NCBI GenBank assembly: GCA_020636275.1
Contig: JACJYD010000001.1
Location: 80,868-144,867, forward strand
Source: Lewinellaceae bacterium
GTDB taxonomy: Bacteria > Bacteroidota > Bacteroidia > Chitinophagales > Saprospiraceae
Reading direction: 5' to 3'
DNA length: 64,000 nucleotides
Shown here in pieces: positions 38,447 to 49,100 of the stretch. The position numbers were made by a program, and so were the translations under genes. The stretch's first letter is position 1, and each line of letters opens with the position of its first letter. The notes under the pieces are model-generated. The model saw only the letters and a list, made by a program, of their open reading frames with translations, did not search any database and was not told the origin of the DNA.

Positions 38447-39457
38447 ATGAGCACAGATCTTGCACTGGCCAAACGCGATCTTGAAAGCAACGGCTATCTC
38501 GACCTCGAGGTCGATCCCACCCTCGATCTTTTTGAGGAGATCAATCGCCTGAAAAAGGAAAAGAATGCCATTATCCTGGCCCACTATTACCAGGAAGCTG
38601 AAATACAAGACATAGCCGACTACATCGGCGACAGCCTGGGCCTTTCCCAGGAAGCCGCAAAAGCCGATGCCGATATCATCGTATTTGCCGGTGTGCATTT
38701 CATGGCCGAAACGGCCAAAATGCTGAACCCGCAAAAGAAAGTGATCCTTCCCGACCTGAAGGCGGGTTGTTCGCTGGCCGATTCCTGCCCGGCGCCGGTG
38801 TTTCGGAAGTTTAAGGAGCAACATCCCGATCATATAGTGGTGAGCTATATCAACTGCACTGCCGAGCTCAAGACACTTACCGATATTTGCTGCACTTCTA
38901 CCAATGCAGTACAGGTGATCAACAGCATCCCGATGGATCAGCCGGTCATTTTTGCGCCGGACATTAACCTGGGGAAATACCTGCAACAGAAAACGGGCCG
39001 CACCAATATGCTCCTCTGGAACGGTACTTGTATGGTGCACGAGATCTTTTCACACGAAAAGATCGTAAAGCTTAAAATACGACATCCGAATGCGAAGTTC
39101 ATCGCCCATCCGGAATGCGAGCCGCATATCCTGGAAATGGCCGACTACATCGGTTCTACCACCGGATTGCTCAAATACACGATGAACAACCCGGCCACTG
39201 AATTCATCGTCGCCACAGAGGTCGGGATCATCCACCAGATGGAGAAGGCTTCGCCCCAAAAGACCTTCATTCCCGCTCCCCCCAACAACACTTGCGCCTG
39301 CAATGAGTGCCCGCACATGAAGCGCAACACGCTGGAAAAACTCTACCTCAGCATGAAGCACGAACTGCCTGAGATCCTGCTTCCCGATTGGGTAATCGAG
39401 CAGGGCCGCAAGTCGATCGATCGCATGCTGGAGATCTCAGCCAAGGCGGGATTGTAG
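38447..39457 (+). CDS. nadA: quinolinate synthase
   Basis: 336 aa with AHYYQ, FMAETAK, CSLADS and MVHE blocks and the C-terminal CxxC..M motif [10 protein letters not shown] characteristic of NadA. Confidence 0.9.
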   Translation: MSTDLALAKRDLESNGYLDLEVDPTLDLFEEINRLKKEKNAIILAHYYQEAEIQDIADYIGDSLGLSQEAAKADADIIVFAGVHFMAETAKMLNPQKKVILPDLKAGCSLADSCPAPVFRKFKEQHPDHIVVSYINCTAELKTLTDICCTSTNAVQVINSIPMDQPVIFAPDINLGKYLQQKTGRTNMLLWNGTCMVHEIFSHEKIVKLKIRHPNAKFIAHPECEPHILEMADYIGSTTGLLKYTMNNPATEFIVATEVGIIHQMEKASPQKTFIPAPPNNTCACNECPHMKRNTLEKLYLSMKHELPEILLPDWVIEQGRKSIDRMLEISAKAGL

Positions 39458-39459
39458 TT

Positions 39460-39499
39460 TAATTCAAGTTGCGATAAATCGCCTTAAACACATTTGAAA
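39460..39499 (+). repeat. copy 1 of a 40-nt repeat (inverted partner at 45263-45302)
   Basis: TAATTCAAGTTGCGATAAATCGCCTTAAACACATTTGAAA. It matches the reverse complement of 45263-45302 at 37/40 positions, and the first 23 nt are identical. Confidence 0.85.
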
Positions 39500-39598
39500 T
39501 AATATAAGATGCATTTATTGCAGCTTGAGTTTAATTCAGTTAGGGTGGTTTAAAAATCCAATCGGGGTTCGGGAGCCTTGGCCCCCCAAACCACTTGA

Positions 39599-39627
39599 GA
39601 GTAGGGCGGCCCCTGGCCGCCCTACTC
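39599..39627 (+). terminator. 13-bp GC-rich hairpin in the nadA-downstream spacer
   Basis: GAGTAGGGCGGCC (39599-39611) pairs with GGCCGCCCTACTC (39615-39627) around a 3-nt loop. A T-rich stretch follows only after about 10 nt. Confidence 0.35.
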
Positions 39628-39730
39628 CCCAATCACTTTTCTTTGAGTATTGTTTAATAAATTCATTGTGTCGAAGGCGCACTGAATTACATCATTCCAT
39701 CGTTTTAGGATGGTCTTTCCGCTTTTTCCC

Positions 39731-39738
39731 TAACTTTG
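39731..39738 (+). promoter_or_regulatory. candidate -7 promoter box TAACTTTG
   Basis: Matches TAnnTTTG and lies 22 nt upstream of the ATG at 39760. Confidence 0.4.
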
Positions 39739-39759
39739 CGCCGCAAAAAATACATCTCC

Positions 39760-40587
39760 ATGCGTATTCGAATATCTTTCGTGTTGTTGATGCTCTTTTC
39801 CTCAATCGGATTATGGGGACAGGAAGGCTGGGAAGTCGGCGGCTGGCTCGGCGTTTCCCATTATTTCGGAGACCTGAACACCAACTTTCGGCTTGGCGAT
39901 CCGGGTTATGCGGGTGGCGTAGTAGCCCGGTACAATTTTAACAAGCGCCTCTGTTTTAAATTGTCGGGCAACTACGGGAATATCAGCGCGCAGGATGCCG
40001 ACTCCGAAAACCTCTTCGAGCGGGCGCGCAACCTGAGCTTTCGCTCGACCGTAGTCGATGGCACGGCCCAGATGGAATTCAACTTTCTGACCTATACCCA
40101 TGGTAGTAAGGACGAGTTTTTTACCCCCTATCTGCTGGCGGGTTTCACGGTGTTCTATTTCAATCCGCAAGCGGAATACAATGGTACTTGGGTAGACTTG
40201 CGCCCCCTGGGCACGGAAGGCCAGTTTCGCGGGGAAGAGTACTACACGACCCAGTTCGGCCTCGCCTACGGGATGGGCCTGAAAATCGACCTGAGCTATC
40301 GCTGGAGTCTCAACCTGGAACTTAGCGCCCGCCATTTGTTCACGGATTATCTCGACGACGTGAGCACGGTTTACGCGGATAAAGACGATTTGGAAAAATT
40401 GCGCGGCGATGTGGCGGTTGCCCTTTCCGATCGTTCCCTATTATTGCCGGGCATCAATGAGGATGGCGCCCTTAGCCAGCCGGGCCGGCAGCGGGGAAAC
40501 AGCGTTACGAAAGACGCCTATGCCTTCCTCGGGCTTGGACTGGTCTATTATTTCGGCGATCTGAAATGCCCGGAATACAGCCGGTAA
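39760..40587 (+). CDS. outer-membrane beta-barrel protein (DUF6089-like)
   Basis: Signal peptide MRIRISFVLLMLFSSIGLWGQ, then alternating beta-strand pattern WEVGGWLGVSHYFGDLN...RYNFNKRLCFKLSGNYG. I prefer the ATG at 39760 over the TTG at 39736. Confidence 0.55.
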   Translation: MRIRISFVLLMLFSSIGLWGQEGWEVGGWLGVSHYFGDLNTNFRLGDPGYAGGVVARYNFNKRLCFKLSGNYGNISAQDADSENLFERARNLSFRSTVVDGTAQMEFNFLTYTHGSKDEFFTPYLLAGFTVFYFNPQAEYNGTWVDLRPLGTEGQFRGEEYYTTQFGLAYGMGLKIDLSYRWSLNLELSARHLFTDYLDDVSTVYADKDDLEKLRGDVAVALSDRSLLLPGINEDGALSQPGRQRGNSVTKDAYAFLGLGLVYYFGDLKCPEYSR

Positions 40588-40588
40588 C

Positions 40589-40621
40589 AAAAAAGGGATG
40601 AGTTTTGCTCATCCCTTTTTT
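40589..40621. terminator. bidirectional intrinsic terminator between convergent genes
   Basis: AAAAGGGATGAG - TTTTG - CTCATCCCTTTT, with an A-run on the left and a T-run on the right. It abuts the stops of both convergent genes. Confidence 0.75.
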
Positions 40622-40622
40622 G

Positions 40623-42050
40623 TTAGAAAGTGATCCGCACCAACTTCAATTTCCCTCTTCGCTCGCTCGGCACGATCACTTCGTTGGCCGCCATTTGGAT
40701 GGCATCCCGAAACCTCAGGCGCAGCTTTTTGGAATCGGTGCTCATGACGCTGTTGCGGTCGAACTGGCCGGTGGCGGTGATGACGTATTCGCTGACCGTG
40801 TTTTCATGGCGGATATCGTCGTTGTACAACAGCCGCAAATTGCTGGGGGTTTTGACTAGTAAATAAGAGGAATACATCGCATTGTCATCCTGGGAGTACT
40901 GTTTTTTATGAAAAACATTTTCCCAATGTATGGTACCATCCGGATTGTAGGAGATGATAAAGAGGTCGTCGAGGTAGTAATCGATGACATAGCGTCCACC
41001 GAGCATATCGAACCGTCCGCCCGACATATTACGCTGGAAGATCCGCTCCCGCTCACCGATCATCAGGATGCCTCCGTCCTTTCGCAACACAATTTCCCGA
41101 ACGACCGTTTCGGAGATGCCTTTGTTTTTGGCGTTGAAATTTTTTCCCATAAAGGAAAGGGCAAAGTTGTCGTCCAATTCCTGAAATTTCAGTACGCCCT
41201 TATCCGGATCTGCGAGGGGGAACCGGAGGTAAAACGACCCGTTGGCTCGGGCGAGGCTCTCATCGGAATACAATCCGCCGGCGACTAGTTCCTGGTTCAG
41301 GTTATCGAAAGCGAAACGCACATCGAAGGTATTTTTATCGCCCATCATGATCTCGGAGCGCTGCAATCGGAAGCCAAGGGAAGGGCCGTAGGAGAATATT
41401 TCAAAGTGGTGACGGGTCCCTGAAAACCGGCGGTTGTCCTTGTTGAGGATACAGAACATATTCCCTTCGTTATCGATCAGCATTTGCTGGTAATCCCGTT
41501 CATAGTCAAAATCTTCCGGAGCCAGTTTCAATTCCCAAAGCAGGCGCATGGAGTCGAGGTCGACGGAAAAAAGATGGATCTCATTGAACTGTTCGTGTTT
41601 GTAAACCAGGAGCTTGGACCGGTCTTCTGAAACCAGGGAGTTGAGTGACTCGGGAAACAGGGCATCATCTACCGTAGCCACCGTGGCAGAATCGACGAGA
41701 TTGGCCGCCGGATCATACCGGTGCACTTTGAGGTGGATTTTCAAGTCATCCCGATAGGTGTAGACGATGGAGAATCCTCTTTTTCCATTGATCACATCGA
41801 GAATTTGGGGGCGACGGCGATCTAACTCCAGGTTTTTTTCCCAGACTTGCTCCATGTCGTGATTGAACCCCAGCACCTGGAAGGTCAGAGACTGGTCGCG
41901 CAGCAGCAGAAACTGGCCTGACCACTCCCCCAGGATATCGTAGGCGATATCGTTTTGCAGGCTGATGGCTTCAGAAACCGTGACCTGCTGGGCAGAGAGA
42001 AAGCAAAGCCTTCCCAGTAGTAAGAATGCGATACCAAAAAGACGCTTCAT
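40623..42050 (-). CDS. hypothetical secreted protein
   Basis: 475 aa with signal peptide MKRLFGIAFLLLGRLCFLSAQ and no motif I recognise. The beta-rich composition suggests a propeller or beta-sandwich fold. Confidence 0.6.
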   Translation of the reverse strand: MKRLFGIAFLLLGRLCFLSAQQVTVSEAISLQNDIAYDILGEWSGQFLLLRDQSLTFQVLGFNHDMEQVWEKNLELDRRRPQILDVINGKRGFSIVYTYRDDLKIHLKVHRYDPAANLVDSATVATVDDALFPESLNSLVSEDRSKLLVYKHEQFNEIHLFSVDLDSMRLLWELKLAPEDFDYERDYQQMLIDNEGNMFCILNKDNRRFSGTRHHFEIFSYGPSLGFRLQRSEIMMGDKNTFDVRFAFDNLNQELVAGGLYSDESLARANGSFYLRFPLADPDKGVLKFQELDDNFALSFMGKNFNAKNKGISETVVREIVLRKDGGILMIGERERIFQRNMSGGRFDMLGGRYVIDYYLDDLFIISYNPDGTIHWENVFHKKQYSQDDNAMYSSYLLVKTPSNLRLLYNDDIRHENTVSEYVITATGQFDRNSVMSTDSKKLRLRFRDAIQMAANEVIVPSERRGKLKLVRITF

Positions 42051-42253
42051 AGCTCGAGGTTGAGTGCTATTAAGTACTTCGTTTACAACGTACCTGGTTC
42101 AAGAACAAATTTAGGTAAACAACTTTCATGCGAGGTACGCAGTGGAAGTTGCTTAAAAAAGCGGGGGCACTTTGGCCCGGGCGTTTTTAAACCAAATTTG
42201 CCGTATCAATAAATAAACGAAATTTTGGGAGGATAGATCAGTAGTGACTCCAC

Positions 42254-42544
42254 TTATTGATAACGCTTGTAGATCTGATCGATGGCATCGGCGAGTTTCC
42301 GATCGTGGTCGGTGACGGTATTTCCAGCATCATGGGTCGTCAATTGGATGTGTACCTGGTTCCACACATTGCTCCAATTGGGATGGTGGTTCATTTTTTC
42401 AGCCTGTAGCGCCACTTCGGTCATAAAGGCAAAAGCCTGAGAAAAATCTTCGAATTGGAAGCTGGCTACCAGCTTGTTATTTTCTTCTTTCCAATGGTTC
42501 ATATCAGCAAAGTGTAAATGGCATTTCCATTCCCGGGTTGTCAT
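42254..42544 (-). CDS. phhB: 4a-hydroxytetrahydrobiopterin dehydratase (PCD/DCoH)
   Basis: 96 aa with the [33 protein letters not shown] signature of pterin-4a-carbinolamine dehydratase. The start could instead be the ATG at 42502. Confidence 0.8.
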   Translation of the reverse strand: MTTREWKCHLHFADMNHWKEENNKLVASFQFEDFSQAFAFMTEVALQAEKMNHHPNWSNVWNQVHIQLTTHDAGNTVTDHDRKLADAIDQIYKRYQ

Positions 42545-43590
42545 TTAAAAGACCAATCGTATCGATCGAGGTACTGGACCCCTGCCTTGAGCAGGTCGAT
42601 ACAGGCGCGGATATCTTCCTTGTGGGCCATCTCGATCACCTGATGGATATGGCGCAGAGGGATGGAAATAGCCCCGGCAATGGATCCGCTCTTGCCGGAG
42701 CGTTGGATCCCGGCCGTGTCGGTGCCGCCGCCGGTCAGGATCTCGGGCTGCCAGGGGATCTGCTGGGCGTTGGCCTGCTCTTTAAGATAGTTGACCATCC
42801 GGTAGTCGCAAATGGTCGAGCTGTCCATGATCTTGATGGCGGCTCCTTTGCCGAGTTGGGTCACCATTTCGTGGGGTTGGGCGCCCGGCACATCGAAAGC
42901 GATCGTTACGTCGAGCCCGAAACCGAAATGGGGATCGATCAGGTGGGCCGACTTTTGAGCGCCCCGCAGGCCCACTTCTTCCTGTACGGTGAATACGCCG
43001 TAAATATCGTAAGGGACTTCTTTGTCCTTCAGGGATCTCAGCACTTCAAGGAGGATAAAAACCGACACCCGGTTGTCGAGGGATTTGCTGTTCACGCAAT
43101 CGCCCATTTCGATCAATTCGCGCTCCCGGGTCACAGGGTCGCCTACCGCCACCCATTGTTCAACTTCGGCTTTTTTCATACCCAGGTCGATGAAATACTC
43201 GTGGATCGGCACCTGTTTGGTGCGTTCATCGGGTTTCATCAGGTGGATGGGTTTGCTGCCCATGACGCCGATCAGGTCGCGCCGGCCATGGACGATCACC
43301 CGCTGGGAGGTCAGGGTTTTGGGATCAAACCCGCCGAGGGGCAGGAAGCGCAGAAAGCCGTCGTCGTCGATATGGGAAATGATGAAGCTGATCTCGTCCA
43401 TATGGGCGGCAACCATTACCCGTTTGGGTTCTTTACCCTTTTTTACCGCAATAACATTACCCATAGGGTCTACCTCAACGTGGTCGACGAGCGGGGTGAT
43501 CTCCTCCAGCACAAGGCTTCGGATCCGTTGTTCAAAACCAGGTGCTCCGGGAATCTCACATATCTTCTTCAGCAGGGCAACATTGATCAT
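42541..43590 (-). CDS. M42 family metallopeptidase (FrvX / glutamyl aminopeptidase-like)
   Basis: [24 protein letters not shown]... is the typical M42 N-terminus, followed by AHMDEI, SKSLDNR and [10 protein letters not shown] blocks. The start is taken at 43590 rather than 43638. Confidence 0.8.
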   Translation of the reverse strand: MINVALLKKICEIPGAPGFEQRIRSLVLEEITPLVDHVEVDPMGNVIAVKKGKEPKRVMVAAHMDEISFIISHIDDDGFLRFLPLGGFDPKTLTSQRVIVHGRRDLIGVMGSKPIHLMKPDERTKQVPIHEYFIDLGMKKAEVEQWVAVGDPVTRERELIEMGDCVNSKSLDNRVSVFILLEVLRSLKDKEVPYDIYGVFTVQEEVGLRGAQKSAHLIDPHFGFGLDVTIAFDVPGAQPHEMVTQLGKGAAIKIMDSSTICDYRMVNYLKEQANAQQIPWQPEILTGGGTDTAGIQRSGKSGSIAGAISIPLRHIHQVIEMAHKEDIRACIDLLKAGVQYLDRYDWSFK

Positions 43591-43734
43591 TTGAAAGTAG
43601 TTGAGTTTTATCGAAAGGGGAGCGCAAAGAAGTGCCACAAGGTACGGTTTTTTGGTAAAAATAGGAGCAGTGGAAGCCCTCTGCTCCTATTTATTGTTTA
43701 ATTGCGTAACATTGCAGGAACTCAGCCAAGGTCC

Positions 43735-45219
43735 ATGTCCCAAGTCCGGAAATTAGCCAGCGATACGATGATTTACGGAGTGAGCAGCATTCTCAGCCGC
43801 TTGCTCAACTACCTCATTCTGACCCCTTATCTCACCCGGGTTTTCCTGGAAGGCGCGTATGGAGAGATCTCCATTTTATTCACCTATGCCGGTATTCTGA
43901 TGGTCATTTTTACCTACCGAATGGAGACCTCGTTCTTCCGCTTCGGGAGCCGGAATGATAACATGGAAAAGGCCTTTTCCACCGGGTCGATATCCTTGCT
44001 GGCTTCCACGCTGGTCTTTTCCATCCTGATCCTGGTGAGTCTAAAACCCTTGGCTGTCTGGCTGAATTACCCCAACAATCCCGAGTACATCCTGCTGGTG
44101 TTGGGCATCATCGTGCTCGATTCCCTGACGGCCTTGCCCTTTGCGCGGCTCCGGCTTGAAGGACGGCCGATCCGGTTTGCGGCCCTGAAAACGGCGCAGA
44201 TCCTGCTTACGGTCCTGTTCATTTTCTTTTTCCTGGAAGTGCTTCCCGTCCTGGCCCGGAAAGGCGTGCGATGGGCGGATTGGTTGTTTGACGAAAAATT
44301 CCGGGTGGGTTATGTATTTCTGGCTAACCTGCTGGCCAGTGGATCCGTGCTGGTGTTCTTTATTCCCAAATACCTGCGGATGCGTTGGACCTTCGATCGC
44401 AACCTCTGGCGGCAGATGATCCGATACGCCATGCCGCTGTTGATCGTCGGATTGGCCGCGGTGGTCAACCAGTTGATCGCCCTTCCGCTGCTGGAAAACC
44501 TCCTGCCCGGCACTTTGGCCGAAAACCGGGCCCAGACAGGTATTTTCAGCGCCGCCTCGAAGCTGGCCATTTTGATGAACCTCTTCACCCAGGCATTTAA
44601 TTACGCAGCCGAGCCTTTCTTTTTTCACCATGCCGCCCGTTCCGATTCCCGGGAGATCTATGCCCAGACCGGGCAGGCATTTGCCCTGGTAGGTAGCCTG
44701 GTCTTTCTGGGTATCATGCTCTACCTCGATCTTATCCAGTATTTTATCGGGGCTCACATGCGTGGCGGCCTTGGGGTAGTCCCCATTTTGTTGCTGGCCT
44801 ATTATTTTCTGGGCTTGTACTACAATTTTTCCATCTGGTATAAATTGGCCGACCGAACGACTATGGGGGCCATTATTTCCATGATAGGGGTTGTGATTAC
44901 CCTGGCTTTGAATTTCTGGCTCGTCCCCCAGCCATCCATCGGGTATTACGGCGGCGCCTGGGCAGCTCTCGCCTGTTATGGTTTTATGGCAGTTGCCAGT
45001 TTTCTGACCGGAAAAAAATATTTTCCTATTCCCTATCCCTTGGGACGGATGTCGATCTATATTGGGCTGGCGCTGGGGCTATACGCCTTGAGTACTCTTT
45101 TTGGGCCTTTGCCTCTGGGTTGGCGGCTCCTGGCCAATACAGGCCTGTTTGGGGTGTATGTCCTTGCCATTTATCGGCTGGATGGCGCTACCTTCCGGGA
45201 AATGATCGGTAAAAAATAG
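43735..45219 (+). CDS. MOP-superfamily polysaccharide biosynthesis protein / flippase
   Basis: About 494 aa with roughly 14 transmembrane helices. The N-terminus KLASDTMIYGVSSILSRLLNYLILTPYLTRVF is typical of Bacteroidota Wzx/RfbX-like proteins. The ATG at 43735 is preferred. Confidence 0.7.
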   Translation: MSQVRKLASDTMIYGVSSILSRLLNYLILTPYLTRVFLEGAYGEISILFTYAGILMVIFTYRMETSFFRFGSRNDNMEKAFSTGSISLLASTLVFSILILVSLKPLAVWLNYPNNPEYILLVLGIIVLDSLTALPFARLRLEGRPIRFAALKTAQILLTVLFIFFFLEVLPVLARKGVRWADWLFDEKFRVGYVFLANLLASGSVLVFFIPKYLRMRWTFDRNLWRQMIRYAMPLLIVGLAAVVNQLIALPLLENLLPGTLAENRAQTGIFSAASKLAILMNLFTQAFNYAAEPFFFHHAARSDSREIYAQTGQAFALVGSLVFLGIMLYLDLIQYFIGAHMRGGLGVVPILLLAYYFLGLYYNFSIWYKLADRTTMGAIISMIGVVITLALNFWLVPQPSIGYYGGAWAALACYGFMAVASFLTGKKYFPIPYPLGRMSIYIGLALGLYALSTLFGPLPLGWRLLANTGLFGVYVLAIYRLDGATFREMIGKK

Positions 45220-45223
45220 ATCG

Positions 45224-45266
45224 GAAAAGACTTTTTTGCCGCTAGAGGCGGCAAAAAAGTCTTTTC
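45224..45266. terminator. 19-bp perfect hairpin after the flippase gene
   Basis: GAAAAGACTTTTTTGCCGC (45224-45242) pairs with GCGGCAAAAAAGTCTTTTC (45248-45266) around loop TAGAG. It starts 5 nt after the stop codon. Confidence 0.7.
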
Positions 45267-45302
45267 AAATGTATCTAAAGCGATTTATCGCAACTTGAAT
45301 TA
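45263..45302 (-). repeat. copy 2 of the 40-nt repeat (inverted relative to 39460-39499)
   Basis: The reverse complement is TAATTCAAGTTGCGATAAATCGCTTTAGATACATTTGAAA, matching copy 1 at 37/40. It overlaps the last 4 nt of the 45224-45266 hairpin. Confidence 0.85.
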
Positions 45303-45322
45303 GAATAATCAAAAATGACGTC

Positions 45323-46171
45323 ATGTTGTCTCTGTACAGAATTGGATTTATTTTAGGTTGGTTATTGTTGCCAGGCTTGGGTTCCAGTCAGGTGCCCTGG
45401 GAAAAACTCCAGGAAGGCGATACCTATTATCAGGCGAAGGAATACGGTAAAGCCCTGGAAAGTTATCAACCTTTACTGGTTTATTACAATGACCAAAAAG
45501 CGCTGTTGAAAGCTGCCCGGTCTGCTGCTCAGACAGGCGACAATAAGCAAGCCCTGGATTATTTGAAGCGGGTAATCGATCTGGGATGGACCAATCCTCA
45601 AACCCTCAAGTACGACCGGGAATTGGACCCCATAAAGGAGGACCGGAAATTTTCCAAATTGATGGCCCGCGTAGAAGCCATGGAAAAACGGCGGACCACC
45701 TTAAATCAACCGGAATTGATCGCCGAATTGGATGCGCTCTATGCCGATGATCAAAAGTACCGCCGGCGCAAGGGAATGGAAGAGGAACAGGCCCGGCTCG
45801 ACTCTATGAACAGGGTTCGCCTGGAAAAAATGATCCACCAATACGGTTGGCTGGGCAGCAATCTGCTCAGTGGACGGAATTACTGCTGGGTAGCCCTTCA
45901 ACACCAACCGTTGGAGGTCCAGAAAAAATACATCGGCCTCATGGCCAAAGCAGTGAAGAAAGGGGAAGAGTCTCCGGCTTTCCTGGCCTTTTTGCAGGAT
46001 CAAATGCTGGTCTCCATGGGCAAGCCCCAGAAATACGGCACCCAGGTGGACCGGGAGAACCAACGGCTCTACCCGGTCGAATCACCGGAAAAAGTGGATA
46101 TTTACCGGGCGGAGATGGGGCTTGGACCGATCCAGGCTTTACTGGACCGGTATCAAATTGAAAAATTATGA
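45323..46171 (+). CDS. hypothetical secreted protein with an N-terminal TPR-like segment
   Basis: 282 aa. A hydrophobic N-terminus is followed by a TPR-like stretch (GDTYYQAKEYGKALESYQPLL ... AAQTGDNKQALDYLKRVIDLG). Confidence 0.5.
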   Translation: MLSLYRIGFILGWLLLPGLGSSQVPWEKLQEGDTYYQAKEYGKALESYQPLLVYYNDQKALLKAARSAAQTGDNKQALDYLKRVIDLGWTNPQTLKYDRELDPIKEDRKFSKLMARVEAMEKRRTTLNQPELIAELDALYADDQKYRRRKGMEEEQARLDSMNRVRLEKMIHQYGWLGSNLLSGRNYCWVALQHQPLEVQKKYIGLMAKAVKKGEESPAFLAFLQDQMLVSMGKPQKYGTQVDRENQRLYPVESPEKVDIYRAEMGLGPIQALLDRYQIEKL

Positions 46172-49100
46172 CGAAATCCATGCGCATGAAGCGAATTTTC
46201 CTTCTTCTTTTGACACTCTCCGGTTGCTGGGCTATGCCCTCCTTGTGGAGTCAGGAGACCTTTCCCTACAACGGGGTCTCCGATCAGCGCGAAGGCTTGT
46301 ATGCCTTCACCGGGGCAACGATCTACACCACTTACCAGGAAAAAATGGAAAACGCCACCCTGCTGATCCGCGATGGCAAAGTGGAAGCAGTCGGCGCCCA
46401 GGTTTCTATTCCAAAAGGGGCGGTTGTGGTGCCCTGCTCGGGCAAGACGATTTACCCATCGTTTATCGATCTGTACGTGGAGTATGGTCTCCCTGAGTCG
46501 AAGGCCGAAAGCAGGTCTTTCCGGCAAACCCCTCCTCAGGAACTATCCAATAAAACAGGGGCCTACGCCTGGAACGAGGCCCTCAGGCCGGAGTTTCATG
46601 CCCACGAACAATTCGCACCCAATGAAAAGACTGCTGTGGAATTGCGGAAGCTGGGGTTTGGAGCGGTATTGACGCACCAAATGGATGGTATTTCCAGGGG
46701 AACAGGCGCCGTGGTTTGGCTGGGCGACGGCAAAGCCCACGAACAGATCCTGCAGGAACAGGCCTCCCACCATTTGTCGTTCAGCAAGGGGAGTTCTTCG
46801 CAAAACTACCCCAGCTCTTTGATGGGCTGTATTGCCCTGTTGCGGCAAACCTATTACGATGCCAAATGGTATGCCGGCCCTGGAAAGGAGGAAGAGGTCA
46901 ATCTGTCGCTGCAAGCCTGGAATGAAATTCAGTCCCTTCCCCAAATATTCGAAGTCGATGATGCGCTGAACGCCCTGCGCGCCTGTCGCCTGGGGCAGGA
47001 GTTCGGAGTCCATTACATCCTGAAGGAAGGGGGAAAGGCCTATCAACGGCTCGATGAGATCAAAAAAACGGGCGCGCCGATCATCGTGCCGCTCAACTTT
47101 CCGGAAGCTTTCGACGTAGAAGACCCCTACGATGCCCTCCGGGTCGATCTGGCGGATATGAAGCACTGGGAACTGGCCCCTGCCAATCCTGCCCGCCTGG
47201 CGGCAGCAGGCATCCCCATCGCCCTTACGACCAACGGACAAAAGAAATTGGGTGATTTCTGGACCAGCTTGCGCAAAGCTATTCAATATGGACTCTCCGA
47301 AGAAGAAGCCCTGAAAGCCCTCACGTATACCCCGGCCAATCTGGTGGGGATCTATGACCGGGTAGGCAGCTTGGAAAAGGGAAAATCCGCCGATTTCCTC
47401 ATCGTTTCCGGTGATGTTTTTGGAGCAGATGCTACCATTTATCAGAATTGGGTAAAAGGGAAACCTTTCGTCCTTCAATCGATGGAGGTTCCTTCCTGGA
47501 CGGCCGTATACCGCCTCCAGGTGGACGACCAGGAATGGATGTGGCATATTTCCGGCAATCCTGAAAAACCAGACATGAAGATCGTGGTCAACGATACCAC
47601 GGAGATCAAACCCAACTACAAATTCGAGCAAGGGGTGCTTACCCTGTCATTCACGGCCGAGAAAGACAAAGGCGCGATACGGCTGAGCGGTACGCAGGCC
47701 CATGGCGTTTGGTCGGGGAGAGGCCAACTCAGCGATGGAAGCTGGGTCGACTGGCAAGCCGGTCCTACCCGCGCCATCGTGGATGAAGAAAAAAAGCCCG
47801 AAGGGAAAAAAGAGGAAACTCCCGGCGCTCTCGGAGCGGTGACCTACCCCTTTACGGCGTACGGCTGGACCGAACGGCCGGAACCGGGGTCCTACCTCAT
47901 TCGCAATGCCACTGTATGGACCTGCGAAGCAGAGGGCGTATTGGAAAATACGGACGTGCTCCTCGAAAACGGCAAGATTACCCGGATCGGGAAAAATTTG
48001 CCTTTGAAGCAGGGCGTCATGGAGATCGATGGTACGGGCAAACACGTAACGCCCGGCATTATCGACGAACACTCGCATATCGCCATCTCCCGGGGCGTAA
48101 ATGAAGGTACGCAGGCCTCTTCAGCAGAAGTGCGCATAGGCGATGTCGTCAATTCGGACGATATCAATATTTACCGGCAATTGTCGGGTGGTGTGACGAC
48201 CTCCCAGTTGTTGCACGGCTCGGCGAATCCGATCGGCGGGCAGTCGGCCCTCATCAAATTGCGATGGGGATATGAACCGGAAGAAATGAAATTTGAAGGC
48301 GCTGCCCCTTTTATCAAATTTGCCCTCGGCGAAAATGTAAAGCAAAGCAACTGGGGCGATAATGCCCGAACCCGCTACCCCCAAACCCGGATGGGCGTAG
48401 AACAGATCTATGAAGATTACTTTACCCGCGCCCGCGAATACGGACAGTTGAAACGGTCTGGAAAACCCTATAGGGTCGACCTCGAAATGGAGGCCTTGCT
48501 CGAGATTCTGGAGAGCAAGCGTTTCATCACCTGCCATTCCTACCGGCAAAGCGAGATCAACATGCTCATGAAAGTAGCCGAGCGCTTTGGATTTCGCGTA
48601 AATACCTTTACCCATATTTTGGAAGGGTATAAAGTAGCCGACAAAATGGCGGAACACGGGGCCGGAGGTTCCAGCTTTTCCGACTGGTGGGCCTACAAAT
48701 TTGAGGTGTACGAGGCCATCCCTTATAACGGAGCCATCATGCACGAGCAAGGCGTGACAGTAGCTTTCAACTCCGACGATGCGGAGATGGCGCGCCGCCT
48801 GAACCAGGAAGCCGGTAAGGCTGTAAAATACGGAGGCGTTCCCGAGGAGGAAGCCCTTAAATTCGTCACCCTCAATCCCGCCAAATTGCTCCATATCGAC
48901 CAACGGGTGGGCAGCATCAAGGCGGGCAAAGATGCCGATGTGGTAGTCTGGTCCGATCATCCGCTTTCTGTCTATGCCGTTGCGGAAAAGACCTTTGTAG
49001 ACGGGATCAAGTTTTTCGATGTCGACGAGGACCTCGCCCTGCGGGAGACCGTGCAAAAAGAACGGGCCCGGTTGATCCAGAAAATGCTGGCCGAAAAGAA

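Noticed and set aside
39525-39941. 138-aa ORF running from the nadA-downstream spacer into the OMP gene
   Set aside because: It is out of frame with the OMP gene, which has a signal peptide, a TAACTTTG box and a terminator. Its N-terminal part translates hairpin sequences.
42538-43701. 387-aa plus-strand ORF covering the PCD/M42 region
   Set aside because: The opposite strand encodes two proteins with clear family signatures (M42 peptidase and pterin dehydratase). The plus-strand translation is Gly/Asp/His/Val-rich with no motifs.
39460-45302. Interpreting the 40-nt inverted repeats as terminal inverted repeats of a transposon or composite element
   Set aside because: There is no transposase, integrase or recombinase between or next to the repeats. 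I saw no flanking direct duplication, and the enclosed genes are ordinary housekeeping or envelope genes. It is kept only as an unexplained repeat pair.
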